Assembly: GCA_044225175.1 (NCBI GenBank)
Contig: JBGAJA010000003.1
Location: 69,428-133,427, forward strand
Source: Candidatus Omnitrophota bacterium
Lineage (GTDB): Bacteria; Omnitrophota; Gorgyraeia; Zapsychrales; Fredricksoniimonadaceae
Length of the DNA stretch: 64,000 bases
Reading direction: 5' to 3'
Shown: in pieces, positions 52,341 through 62,900 of the stretch
How the letters are laid out: each line of letters starts with the position of its first letter
Position numbering within the stretch: the first letter of the stretch is position 1
Position numbers and translations under genes: made by a program
The notes under the pieces: generated by a model
Databases searched by the model: none
The model's input: the letters and a program-made list of their open reading frames with translations, nothing else
What the model was told of the DNA's origin: nothing

Positions 52341-53719
52341 AAAAATTTATCTTTATGTTTGTATGTGTTGTGGTGTCTTTTGGGCTTTGGCTTGGAATTA
52401 ACTATTTTACTTATTTGATTCCCGGCCAATGGGACGTCACACGTGCTAAGCAGCATACTTTAAAGGCCGGTACAATTTCTACTCTTAACAATTTAACGCA
52501 AGATGTTAAAGTTTCGGCTCTTATGGCTGGAATACCACCCAAATATTTAGAAGACCTTTTTAAAGAATATACAAAAGCTTCACGCGGAAAAATCACCACA
52601 GAAATCATTGATCCTATTCAACAAATTGGTTATGCGGCACAATTTGGCAATGTCATCAATGCTAAGGAAAGAAAAGTGTTTGTTACATCAGGCCAGCAGA
52701 AGAAAGAAATTTATTTTACCGATGCCCCACTTTCCCAAGAACAGTTGAATAATGCCATCAGCCAAGTCAACCAAGACAGGCGTTATGTTTATTTTTTAAC
52801 AGGACATGGAGAATTAAATATTGAGAGTAAGGATGACAAAGGCTTAGAAAAATTGGCTCGACTCATGGATTCCAATAACTTTGAATCTAAAAGCTTGATG
52901 CTGGGAATAACCAAGGAGATTCCAAAGGATTGTGCATTGCTTATTATTGCAGGTCCCCAGAATGATTTAACAAAACAAGAGAATGAAATTATTGAAGCCT
53001 ATCTAGAAAATGGCGGTCATGCGTTGTTTTTGATTGAAAATGTTATTGTCACCACCCCAGATAAACCTTTGACTCCAGAAGAGTTTAATAAGAATCCGTC
53101 TGTAAATGAGATTTTGAATAGTTGGGGTCTTAATGTGGAGTCCGACGTGGTGGTAGACTTAGCCAGCCATGCTGGTGATGATGTTGGAAGCCCTGCCACC
53201 AAGAACTATGTTAAACATCCTGCTCTCACACAGGGATTGGACTACACCTTTTATGTGCGTCCACGTACTATTTCTGTTATCAAGGAGCACCGTCCAACCA
53301 TTCAACTTGCACCCATTGTTTTGACCGCTTCTAAGAAAGAAAGCTGGGGGGAGTCTAATCGAACATTGAACGTCCACTTTGATGAAATCGAAGATAGACC
53401 AGGTCCAGTGGCTATTGCCTATGTGGTTTTTGAAAAAAAAGAAAAAGGTGATTTTTCGGATACTCGTCTGATTGTATTTACTGACGCTGATTTTCTATCG
53501 AATGCGTATATTAATCAATATAGCAACTCCCAAATGGGACTTAATATGATCAACTGGCTTACCGAAACGGATTACAAGGTCTTTGTTGATCAAGAGAACT
53601 TAAAAGTTGAACGATTAGATTTGACAAGCCAGCAAAAACGCAGCATTGCTTTAATTCTTTTGCTTATTCCTATCCTTATTGCTTTAGCCGGAATCATTGT
53701 CTGGGTAAAAAGCAAATAG
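52328..53719 (+). CDS. ABC transporter auxiliary component, GldG-like (ABC_transp_aux)
   Basis: N- and C-terminal TM anchors with a large periplasmic domain. Gene order is ATPase-permease-auxiliary. Confidence 0.55.
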   Translation: MAIMKKFIFMFVCVVVSFGLWLGINYFTYLIPGQWDVTRAKQHTLKAGTISTLNNLTQDVKVSALMAGIPPKYLEDLFKEYTKASRGKITTEIIDPIQQIGYAAQFGNVINAKERKVFVTSGQQKKEIYFTDAPLSQEQLNNAISQVNQDRRYVYFLTGHGELNIESKDDKGLEKLARLMDSNNFESKSLMLGITKEIPKDCALLIIAGPQNDLTKQENEIIEAYLENGGHALFLIENVIVTTPDKPLTPEEFNKNPSVNEILNSWGLNVESDVVVDLASHAGDDVGSPATKNYVKHPALTQGLDYTFYVRPRTISVIKEHRPTIQLAPIVLTASKKESWGESNRTLNVHFDEIEDRPGPVAIAYVVFEKKEKGDFSDTRLIVFTDADFLSNAYINQYSNSQMGLNMINWLTETDYKVFVDQENLKVERLDLTSQQKRSIALILLLIPILIALAGIIVWVKSK

Positions 53720-53831
53720 ATCCGTTCGTGCATTAAATAATTATCATCTTATCTTCATCCCTTCTTAATTTAAATCTTGGTATAAATGTGTTTAGTTTTA
53801 ATCCACTAACATACATTGACAAGGAGGCATT

Positions 53832-53951
53832 ATGGATAAGCTAAGAAATATAAAATCAAACCAGGGAAAAGTAGGATGGGCTATTTTATGGTTATTAGGA
53901 GTTCCTATTCCTATTTTGTTTTTACTTTTTGTTCTTAGAGGATGTCAATAA
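53832..53951 (+). CDS. 39-aa small membrane protein
   Basis: Strong SD AAGGAGG 7 nt upstream. MDKLRNIKSNQGKVGWAILWLLGVPIPILFLLFVLRGCQ. Below the track cutoff. Confidence 0.5.
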   Translation: MDKLRNIKSNQGKVGWAILWLLGVPIPILFLLFVLRGCQ

Positions 53952-54033
53952 CTCTTGCAATACCTATATTCGACTATTAGTATCTAAATAGATTCCTGAA
54001 TTTATTGATCTTATTAAGAAAGGATATTTATTT

Positions 54034-54429
54034 ATGGTTGCAAAATTTCAAATGGGAGCAAGGTTTACTTTAGGTTTAATCTATTTTGTGTTCGGTGGGA
54101 TGGGATTAGCGATTGCATTAGGATTCATGCAAATGCCTCATTCTCCGATGCCCCAAGCAGCTGAAGGATTTATGAAGGGCATCATGGGAACAGGGTACTT
54201 TTTCCCACTCCTGAAGATAACTGAGGTCTCATGTGGTTTCCTTCTTTTAATTAATCGTGCAACACCATTAGCTCTTATTATCCTTGCCCCCATTACCCTA
54301 CATATCATTTTGTTCCATGTTAATTTAACTCCAGGAGTAGAAAATCTGATCCTTCCACTTTTTATGGGTCTGGCTCATATCCTTGCCATGAGTGGATGTT
54401 GGAAGTCGTATAAGCCATTGTTTAAATAG
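54034..54429 (+). CDS. DoxX-family membrane protein
   Basis: Four-TM DoxX-like pattern (GLIYFVFGGMGLAIALG ... ILAPITLHIILFH). Confidence 0.55.
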   Translation: MVAKFQMGARFTLGLIYFVFGGMGLAIALGFMQMPHSPMPQAAEGFMKGIMGTGYFFPLLKITEVSCGFLLLINRATPLALIILAPITLHIILFHVNLTPGVENLILPLFMGLAHILAMSGCWKSYKPLFK

Positions 54430-54562
54430 TGGAGATAATAGGAGAGCACTTCTTATTAAACATTGACTACCACCTGATAAGAGAGTACTATCCAACTTAA
54501 CATTCGAGGTGCTCTCCAAATTGTCCTTCCTCCAATGCCGCTCTAAGCGGTGAACGGATTAA

Positions 54563-55876
54563 ATGAAAACTACAAAGAAGAAGATTATTAAGTCTCTCCA
54601 GAAGTTGGTGCCTGGCAAGGTTTCAAAGACGGAACGTGTGCGATTTCAAGAGGAAGCCGCTGATTTAAATAAAAGCAAGGACAGCTTGGGAAGAAGGATT
54701 AAGCAGCAGTCGAATCAGTTAAGTCTCAAAAATAAGCAGTTAAGACACGGAGCAGACAAGGCCCTTAGAGCAGAAGAACAGATCCATATCCTTACTAAAG
54801 CAATGGAAGCAACGGCAGATGGCATTTTTATTATCGATGTCAAAAAAGTTAATTTTCCTGTTATTTATTCTAATCAATCTTTTCATACAATGACTGGTTA
54901 TGCTAAGAAGGAAATCTTAGGTCGAAATTATTTTTTACTTTATGGTGCTGATGCAGATACGCGTATCATCGAGGAAATAAAATCTACAATGAATCAAGGT
55001 GAGTCTTTCCATGGAGAGATGCTTAGTTTTCAAAAAAATGGTAAGAAATATTGGAATTTATTGCGTATGGCCCCGGTACGTGATTCGAATGGGGAAGTTA
55101 CTCATTACGTAGGTATTCAGACAGATATTTCGCTGATGCGGCAAAGAGATTTAGAAATTAAAGAACAACGTGAAGAACTCCTGCATGTCACACGGGTGGG
55201 AAGGCTTGCTGAATTTGTTTCTTCTTTAGCCCATGAAATTAGCCAACCTTTGACAGCTATTCTTTCCTATGCTCAAGCAGCACAGCGTATTCTTGGTGAG
55301 CGTGAGCCTCAACTCAAGGAAATTTTTCAATATATCATTAATGATGACAAGCGTGCATCTGAGGTCATACGAAGGCTACGGGCCCTTTTAAAGAAGAGCG
55401 AACCTGAAATGAAGTTGATGGACATGAACGCTCTTATTAAGGAAACGATTGTATTTATTGCGACCGATGCTTCCGTCAGGAATAATATTTTAAAAATAGA
55501 TCTAGATCCAAATCTTCCACTGATTTATGGTGATCGTATCCAACTACAACAGGTGATATTAAATTTAATCAGTAACAGTTTCGATGCTATAAAGCCTAAT
55601 CAAGTTGTTCGTGACATTTCAATCAGTACATCCCGTAAAGACCTTGAGACAATTATTGTAAAGGTTAGGGATTCCGGATGCGGCATTCCTGCAGAAAACT
55701 TACCTAAACTTTTTATTCATTTTTTCACAAGTAAAGCAGATGGTTTAGGTATGGGTTTATCCATCAGTCGTTCGATTATTGAGGCGCATGGAGGACATCT
55801 GGAAGGTAAGAATAACTCTGATCAAGGGGTCACATTTTCATTTACGCTTCCTATTATCACAAAGGGTGACTCATGA
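54563..55876 (+). CDS. PAS-domain sensor histidine kinase (FixL/NtrB-like: PAS-HisKA-HATPase_c)
   Basis: PAS segment GIFIIDVKKVNFPVIYSNQSFHTMTGYAKKEILGRN; H-box LAHEISQPLTAIL; G-boxes in the C-terminus. Confidence 0.8.
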   Translation: MKTTKKKIIKSLQKLVPGKVSKTERVRFQEEAADLNKSKDSLGRRIKQQSNQLSLKNKQLRHGADKALRAEEQIHILTKAMEATADGIFIIDVKKVNFPVIYSNQSFHTMTGYAKKEILGRNYFLLYGADADTRIIEEIKSTMNQGESFHGEMLSFQKNGKKYWNLLRMAPVRDSNGEVTHYVGIQTDISLMRQRDLEIKEQREELLHVTRVGRLAEFVSSLAHEISQPLTAILSYAQAAQRILGEREPQLKEIFQYIINDDKRASEVIRRLRALLKKSEPEMKLMDMNALIKETIVFIATDASVRNNILKIDLDPNLPLIYGDRIQLQQVILNLISNSFDAIKPNQVVRDISISTSRKDLETIIVKVRDSGCGIPAENLPKLFIHFFTSKADGLGMGLSISRSIIEAHGGHLEGKNNSDQGVTFSFTLPIITKGDS

Positions 55877-56496
55877 TTAAACAGCCCATTGTTTATGTCA
55901 TTGATGATGACATCTCTGTATGTCGAGCACTTACGTTATTACTGACAAATCATGGATTTAAGGTGAAAACCTTTACACGCGCCGCAGACTTTTTGATTTT
56001 TAAGCATCTTAAAGGGCCTTCCTGTCTGGTTCTCGATTTAAAAATGCCACAAATCAATGGAATTGTCCTTCAGGATATCATGGCAACTAAAGAATTATCT
56101 ATTCCTATTGTTTTTATGTCCGCGCATGGGAGTATCCCAATTAGTGTAAAAGCCATCCAAGCAGGGGCTATTGATTTTTTGACCAAACCATTTACTGCGA
56201 AGAAATTATTGAATGCCATTGGACGCGCTATTGAAAGAAATAAGATTTTGACTAAGAGTCAGGCTGAAATATTAAGAATTGAAAGTCGTATAAAAAAGCT
56301 ATCTCCCCGAGAATTGGAGGTCTTTCATTTCGTCGCTCAAGGAATGATGAATAAACAGATTGCTTCAAAGCGGGGTACTTCCCTTCAAACAATTAAAGTC
56401 CATCGTGGGCGTGTTATGCAAAAAATGCAAGCTAAGACCGTTACGGAACTTATCGGCTTCGCCCAAAAGATTGGCATTGTCTCCCCTAAAGATTAA
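55873..56496 (+). CDS. Response regulator, REC plus LuxR-type HTH (FixJ/NarL family)
   Basis: VYVIDDD...LDLKMP receiver. C-terminal LSPRELEVFHFVAQGMMNKQIASKRGTSLQTIKVHRGRVMQKM. Overlaps the kinase stop. Confidence 0.85.
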   Translation: MIKQPIVYVIDDDISVCRALTLLLTNHGFKVKTFTRAADFLIFKHLKGPSCLVLDLKMPQINGIVLQDIMATKELSIPIVFMSAHGSIPISVKAIQAGAIDFLTKPFTAKKLLNAIGRAIERNKILTKSQAEILRIESRIKKLSPRELEVFHFVAQGMMNKQIASKRGTSLQTIKVHRGRVMQKMQAKTVTELIGFAQKIGIVSPKD

Positions 56497-56565
56497 TTCT
56501 TCGTCGATATTGTATTATACCTCGGTACAATTGATTCATTTCTGTCTTTCCCTAAAATAACTTTT

Positions 56566-56967
56566 ATGCAACTCGAGAAAATGGAACTTAAAGGATGGAA
56601 CGAGGCGTCAGAAAAAAAACACATTTATATTGTCGATGACGATGACTCAGTGCGCCGCGCACTGAAATTGTTGCTTGTTACATATGGTTTTGAAGTAGAA
56701 ACTTTTTCTTCAGCAGAGGGATTCTTAAGAGAAGTTCCAGACAGCGCTATTGGATGTTTAATCTTAGATATTCATATGCCGGGATTAAATGGATGGGAAA
56801 CGCTGCAGCGTTTATATAATTCGGGATCTAAACGTACAGTCATTGTGGTTTCAGCTGCGAAAAATGGCGGCTTAACGGAACAAGCTTTAAAAGCAGGAGC
56901 CAAAGGCTTCTTACAAAAACCATTCAATGACCAAGATCTGATCAATATGGTTAATAAAGAGTGCTAA
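56566..56967 (+). CDS. Single-domain response regulator (REC only)
   Basis: IYIVDDDDSVRR ... LILDIHMPGLNG ... KPF receiver motifs. Confidence 0.75.
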   Translation: MQLEKMELKGWNEASEKKHIYIVDDDDSVRRALKLLLVTYGFEVETFSSAEGFLREVPDSAIGCLILDIHMPGLNGWETLQRLYNSGSKRTVIVVSAAKNGGLTEQALKAGAKGFLQKPFNDQDLINMVNKEC

Positions 56968-56976
56968 AAGGAATTC

Positions 56977-57426
56977 ATGATGGGGAAAAAGATTATTGTT
57001 ATTGATAATGAGCCATTGTTTCCAAACTTGATTAAACAATTGCTGGAAGATGAGAAGGACTTCAAAATTTCTAAGATTACGGCCACTAAAGAAGAGTTTT
57101 TGAAGGAGATTGAGCAAAACTCATTTGATGTTGCTCTTGTAGATATTTCTGTTGGAGAACGGGAAGGTGGTTTGGATATATTACAAATATTGAGAAATCA
57201 AAAAGTACCATTGCCCGCAATTGTTTTGTCCGCTCACAGTGAAATGGATTACGGTTTAAGATCTCTGCAAGCGGGAGCTAGAGGATATGTGAGTAAAGGA
57301 GAGATTAGTTCTTCTTTAATTAAAGCTTTAAGACAGGTATGTAACGGTGATTTATTTGTCGCAGGTGATAAGGGAATGGAGATTTTAAACCAATATAGAA
57401 AAGTGACGACTTTCCATATTAAGTGA
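56977..57426 (+). CDS. Single-domain response regulator (REC only, divergent)
   Basis: IIVIDNEP ... VALVDISVGEREGGLDIL ... AIVLSAH receiver-like pattern. Confidence 0.65.
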   Translation: MMGKKIIVIDNEPLFPNLIKQLLEDEKDFKISKITATKEEFLKEIEQNSFDVALVDISVGEREGGLDILQILRNQKVPLPAIVLSAHSEMDYGLRSLQAGARGYVSKGEISSSLIKALRQVCNGDLFVAGDKGMEILNQYRKVTTFHIK

Positions 57427-57435
57427 GAAAGAAGG

Positions 57436-58194
57436 ATGTTTATGGGTTCAGAGATTCTTCATATACCCAAAAATCGCATTGGCTCACAAGATAAGACCTT
57501 AACGACCGATGAACTAATCAGGTCCAATAGAGAACTTGAACAATTTGCTTTTACAGCATCTCACGATCTTCAGGAACCTTTAAAAGCTATTTCTCTTTAT
57601 CTTCAACTTTATCATAAGAAATATAGCGGAAAACTGGGTGATCAGGCTGATGAAGCTATTTCTAGAATTCTAGATAAGACGAACAGAATGCAAAAATTAA
57701 TTCAAAATATATTGAATTATTCTCGAGTTGGAAAAGAAGATGTTGAGTTGGTGAAGCTAAATTCAGATCTTATTCTTAAGCGTGCGATTGGAAATTTGAA
57801 TGCAACTATTAAAGAAAATTTAGCACAGATTACACACGAAACTCTTCCTATCGTTATGGGAAATAATATTCAATTGATGCAATTATTTCAGAACTTAATT
57901 AGTAATGCCATTAAGTTCTCCAAAGGTGACGATTTTCCTCGTATTCATATTTCTTTTGTGCAAAAAGATCGCCAGTGGGTATTTTTAGTTCAAGATAATG
58001 GAATAGGGATTGCTCAGAAAGATATTCAGAAGATCTTTGATATTTTTCATCGATTACACAGCTCTAGTGAATATGGAGGAAATGGAATAGGCCTTGCACT
58101 ATGTAAAAGAATTGTTGAATCTCATGGGGGAAAGATCTGGATCGAATCAGAAGTAGGGAAAGGAACAGCTGTTTATTTTACGATGGGGATTTAG
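57436..58194 (+). CDS. Soluble histidine kinase (HisKA plus HATPase_c, no sensor domain)
   Basis: The H-box [22 protein letters not shown] is the same ASHDL.EPL subtype as the CheB/CheR kinase. [24 protein letters not shown]. Confidence 0.8.
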   Translation: MFMGSEILHIPKNRIGSQDKTLTTDELIRSNRELEQFAFTASHDLQEPLKAISLYLQLYHKKYSGKLGDQADEAISRILDKTNRMQKLIQNILNYSRVGKEDVELVKLNSDLILKRAIGNLNATIKENLAQITHETLPIVMGNNIQLMQLFQNLISNAIKFSKGDDFPRIHISFVQKDRQWVFLVQDNGIGIAQKDIQKIFDIFHRLHSSSEYGGNGIGLALCKRIVESHGGKIWIESEVGKGTAVYFTMGI

Positions 58195-58223
58195 GAATTT
58201 ATAAGTATAGAAAGGAGTGTTCT

Positions 58224-58388
58224 ATGTTGAATTGGTCTGTAACGTTTTTTATTGTTGCAATTATCGCTGCAGTGTTCGGATTCACTAGTATCGCTGGATC
58301 AGCCATTGATATTGCTAAGATTTTATTCTTAGTATTTTTAGTATTGGCTGTGCTTTCTTTTATTTTTGGTAAGAAAGTGAATACGTAG
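58224..58388 (+). CDS. UPF0391/DUF1328-family small membrane protein (YtjA-like), 54 aa
   Basis: [54 protein letters not shown] with SD AAAGGAG upstream. Below the track cutoff. Confidence 0.6.
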   Translation: MLNWSVTFFIVAIIAAVFGFTSIAGSAIDIAKILFLVFLVLAVLSFIFGKKVNT

Positions 58389-58454
58389 TTTTAAGGTTAA
58401 GGATACAGAAATGCGAAGCTATGTGCTATTGACGGAAAATAAATTGGAGATCAA

Positions 58455-58715
58455 ATGAAAGATTTAAAGGAACAATTAAAGGACAAAGAAAAGGAAGACC
58501 AACAATCCGCACAAGTGGTAAAACAAGCGATCAAGGATGATCAGGCATTGGCTCCTGTTGCCAGTGATATTCAAGTAATTGTCGAAGATGGTACTATTAC
58601 ATTAGAGGGTGAAGTTTCTACGAACCAGCAAGTGAATCTTGCCGATAACACAGCAAAAGCTGTTGGTGTCGATGAGCAAGTTAATAACCATTTGAAAATA
58701 AAACATAAGACATGA
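58455..58715 (+). CDS. BON-domain protein (OsmY-like)
   Basis: IQVIVEDGTITLEGEVSTNQQVNLADNTAKAVGVDEQVNNHLKI matches the BON consensus. Confidence 0.55.
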   Translation: MKDLKEQLKDKEKEDQQSAQVVKQAIKDDQALAPVASDIQVIVEDGTITLEGEVSTNQQVNLADNTAKAVGVDEQVNNHLKIKHKT

Positions 58716-58727
58716 GGTTTATTTGCA

Positions 58728-58994
58728 ATGATACAAGAATTGCCTATCAAACACCTCTCACTTGGAGTGTTTCGATTCAAAAGATATTTCGAGTCTCGGA
58801 ATAATAAAATTCGTATATTTGGCTTGTGTGAAGTAACAGGAAAGAACTTTGAAATGAATGTATCTGTAGAAGGTTTTTTTGTTTACTTACAAGGATTTAA
58901 AGATATTTCTGAAGCATTAAAATCCAATTCACAGGAAGAGCGTGATTTCGTTTTATCAGGAATATCCCCTGAGGGCCGCAAAACCCTTTCTTAA
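58728..58994 (+). CDS. Hypothetical small protein
   Basis: 88-aa ORF. No family recognised. Confidence 0.3.
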   Translation: MIQELPIKHLSLGVFRFKRYFESRNNKIRIFGLCEVTGKNFEMNVSVEGFFVYLQGFKDISEALKSNSQEERDFVLSGISPEGRKTLS

Positions 58995-59143
58995 GCTCAC
59001 CTAATAACTACTCCATCCATGTATTAACTAGTTCTTGATTTCCATTGAAACTTTTATGGGAACAGTATTGTCTAAATCAGTGAAGGACACACAGACTAGT
59101 ATTAAACAAACCTATTTAAGGGATAAAATTGAAGGAGATGGAT

Positions 59144-59815
59144 ATGCGACACGTGAGAAAAGTTTCAATTATTATTTTGGGACTGATGTTAGTTCTTCAG
59201 CCAAGACTATCTTATGCAGACTGGGCAGTAGGATTTGGTTTTGGAGGAGGTCATCATGATCGTCACGAGAGGCATCATCACTATCGTTATCATGATCATC
59301 CTCGCTTTGGTGTTCATGTCAACTATCTGCCTACAGGATATTTTACTATTCATTCGAGGGGTGGAAGATATTACTACTATGATGGTGTCTACTACAACAT
59401 GGTTGGTCGAGAATATGTCATCATCGCTCCTCCGGTTGGGGCCGTTGTGAATATGATTCCTCCTGATTATCGTGCGGTTAATATCAATGGGGTCACATAC
59501 TATACGGATAATGGAACATATTATGTTTATACTCTTAAGGGATTCCAAGTAGTTCCACCTCCGGTCATAGTTCAACCGACCCAAGTCCTTGTGACGCAGT
59601 CTGCACCTACTGTTGTAAGTGTGCCTACTACAGAGGTTACAACTCAGGTAAACGTCACAACAGATGACTCGTATAGTATTAATGTGCCTAATTCTAAAGG
59701 AGGATACAGTCCCGTTCTTATTAAAAGATCCGGAAATGGATTTATAGGTCCGCAAGGCGAGTTTTATGCAGAATTCCCTAAAGTATCGCAATTACAAGCC
59801 ATGTACGGAAAATAA
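59144..59815 (+). CDS. Secreted His- and Tyr-rich protein (possible periplasmic metal-binding protein)
   Basis: SD AAGGAG 7 nt before ATG 59144. Signal peptide MRHVRKVSIIILGLMLVLQPRLSYA. His cluster GGGHHDRHERHHHYRYHDH. Tyr-rich YYYYDGVYY. Confidence 0.55.
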   Translation: MRHVRKVSIIILGLMLVLQPRLSYADWAVGFGFGGGHHDRHERHHHYRYHDHPRFGVHVNYLPTGYFTIHSRGGRYYYYDGVYYNMVGREYVIIAPPVGAVVNMIPPDYRAVNINGVTYYTDNGTYYVYTLKGFQVVPPPVIVQPTQVLVTQSAPTVVSVPTTEVTTQVNVTTDDSYSINVPNSKGGYSPVLIKRSGNGFIGPQGEFYAEFPKVSQLQAMYGK

Positions 59816-59934
59816 GACCATTACCTCTCACCTTAACCCCTTGGAATTTATAGTGTTGCGAGGGGTTCTTTATTTCTTCCTGTAGGTTGGGGCTCCAAGT
59901 GGTTATATCTATATATATCGTGTAAACTTCCTAC

Positions 59935-62900
59935 ATGCCTTGGAATTTCGATATAAGAAAAGGAATATCTATTGGGATAGTGATGGCTTTTTTGGCTAAC
60001 ACTATGGCAGTTCCTCCGTCATATGCGCAAAGTAGAATTAATCTTCCTGCCCCCCAGCAGATGCTTTCTCCTAGTGTAAAATTTTCTCCTGCGATTCTGA
60101 CCGGTATGACCATTCATCCTGAAAATCCGCTTCAATTCGATTTTATTATTGATAGCGGAGATGATCATCTTAAAGATGAGACATTTAAAAGGGAATCTCA
60201 AAAACTGATCAATTATTTTATGGCGGCATTAACTGTCCCTGAAGATGAAATGTGGGTCAATCTTTCGCCCTATGAAAAAAACCGTATTATTGCAGATGGC
60301 TTAGGCAATACAGAGATGGGCCGGGACATGCTGGCCCAAGATTATCTCTTAAAACAATTGACTGCCTCGCTTCTGTATCCAGAAAAAGGTGTTGGAAAAG
60401 AGTTCTGGCAAAGAATTTATTCGGCAGCAAAAGAAAAGTTTGGCACTACTGATATTCCCACTCATCTATTTAATAAAGTCTGGATCATCCCTCAAGAAGC
60501 AGATATTTATGTGAATGCCAACAATGTCTTTGTCACCAAAAGCCATTTAAAAGTCATGTTAGAAGAAGATTATTTAGCAATGGATAAAAACATAGCGCTA
60601 ACCAGGGGACATGTTCATAACAAAACCAACAAGAACGTGTCCCCAAGCAGGTTGCCAAATGATGCAGTGTTGAATACGAAAGCACCCCAGGGAAACACCC
60701 TTAACGCTTTAAGCTCCCACATCATCCGCCAAATCATCCTTCCTGAAATTGAAAAAGAAGTTAATGAAGGTAAGAATTTTGCCAATCTCCGTCAAATTTA
60801 TCACTCGATGATTTTAGCGACCTGGTACAAATCGAAATTGAAGAACAGTCTGCTTTCAACCATTTATCTTGATAAGAATAAAACCAAAGGCATAGAACTT
60901 GAGGACAAGGCAGTTAAAGAGAAAATTTATGCCCAGTATTTAAAATCATTTAAGAAAGGTGTTTATAACTACATTAAAGAAGATTACGACTTTCAATCTC
61001 AAAAGATTGTGCCAAGGAAATATTTTTTGGGAGGATTAAAGTTTGAGGGTATTAGCCAGGCCATGTTAACGAAAGGAACACAGCCTTCACAGGAATGGAT
61101 TAAGGAACAAAGAAATCCAAAGAATATTGTTCGTGTGAATGCAGCGATGTTAGTCAATAATCCAAGTAAGGCTCTACGACAAATGGAAGAGGATAATAAA
61201 AAATTGATTGTATATCTGGCTTGGCAGAAACTGTATGCCCAGGTCAAGGAAGGAGATAGAACTGCTATTCTTAAGTTAAAAGTCCTTGTAAAGAACAGGC
61301 CTGGTTTCTTTAATTCCAGCCTCTTAGAGGACCTATTTAATGTCTCTGACAAGCCCGATTCATACGCATATGAGGCAATAGCTGAATTTGTTTCCCAAAG
61401 ACCAGATCTAATCAATGAACAATTTGTTACCAAGCTTTTGGATCGTTTAATTCACCATCCAGATAAATATAAAGACATAGCAAAAATCTTCGGATATGTG
61501 GCAAAAAGCAAGCCTCAACTCATCACGACCCATGTTGTTCAAACAATTCTCCAGTTTCAAAATACTTCGGATAGAGAGAAGTCTTTTGATTTTGATGTTA
61601 GAGGTAAACTTCTGGTTGAAATCATTAAAGCAAATCATAGCTTTGCTGACCAGATTGTCGCAAAACTTATGAACGAGCTGAAGGCAAAATCTATTCCGTT
61701 AAGACCTCGAGCATTATATGCCGCAGAGATCTTGGAAGAAATTCATGGCATAGTCCCAGGATCCACCAATATAAATGCCATATCATCTCAATTGGAACGC
61801 TTAAGTGTAGATCAAGATACTACACCGCTTTATTTAAGGATTGCTGCCAAGGTTAATCCTGTGTTAATCGAAAAAGATGATGTGCATGATTTGCTTTCTA
61901 AGATCACATCAGAAGGATCGACAGAGCATAAGATTGAGGTCTGGCAGGCAATTGGTGCTTTAGTAGAGACAAGACCGGATTTAATCAGCCAAGAGTTCGC
62001 TCAGGAAATTATTGTAAAATCCAGCTGGTTTATTGAAGAAGCTCAGCAAGAAATCATGATCAACGTTTTGTATGCAATAGCCAAGATCAGTCCTGAATTT
62101 CATGCTTTCATTGTATCAAAACTTTGGGAGGAATTGATTGGTGCAAAAGATTTTGTAAGTATTGGTGTTGCTCCCATTTTAAAAAAGCTTATCTTACAAG
62201 ATAAAGTGATTGGAAAAGAGGTGCTTGGCAAAATTCTTTTTGAATTAAAGGGAGGTTATAGTGAGAATTATACAATCGGTTCTTCTTCAATGTCCTTACT
62301 TAAGTCTATTTCACAAATTATGCCTGAGGAATTCAATGATGATGTGATGGAGCAAGTATTTGCTTACAAGAAATCTGCATTCTTTAATCATATTGAGAAA
62401 GAATTAACTGAAATTATTTACAATATTTCAAAAATTAATCGATTAAGAGCAAAGAGACTTATGGCACGGGCGATCAAGAAAGAAGATGGATTGGGGAGGT
62501 TTTTTGCTGACAATAATGATGATTTTTATATGGAATCTGGAGCTGTTCCGTTTGTATTAAAGGTCAGCCCTGAATTATTGACAGAGCAGATGGCCAATCG
62601 CCTAATGCAGGAGCTATTGACTTCTGAGGAGCATAGGTACCAATATATTGACACAGAGGAAGATCTCCTGGAGATATATAAACTTAGGCCGGATCTGATT
62701 AGCTCAAAATTTCTATTTGAATACTGCTTAAAAAAAGAGCGGGATCTGAATGTCTTAGTAGGTATTTTACAAGTAGATGGAATTGCATCAGAAGTAGTCG
62801 ATTCTTACCGTATGGACTTGATGTACCGCTGGAATATCTCGTCTTTAAGAAGGGAGGAAATGGATAATGCATTGTTTATTTACAGTTTTTTGATAACCCA

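Noticed and set aside
59207-59791. 194-aa minus-strand ORF
   Set aside because: It mirrors the low-complexity His/Tyr-rich plus-strand gene, which has an SD and a signal peptide, so it is an antisense artefact.
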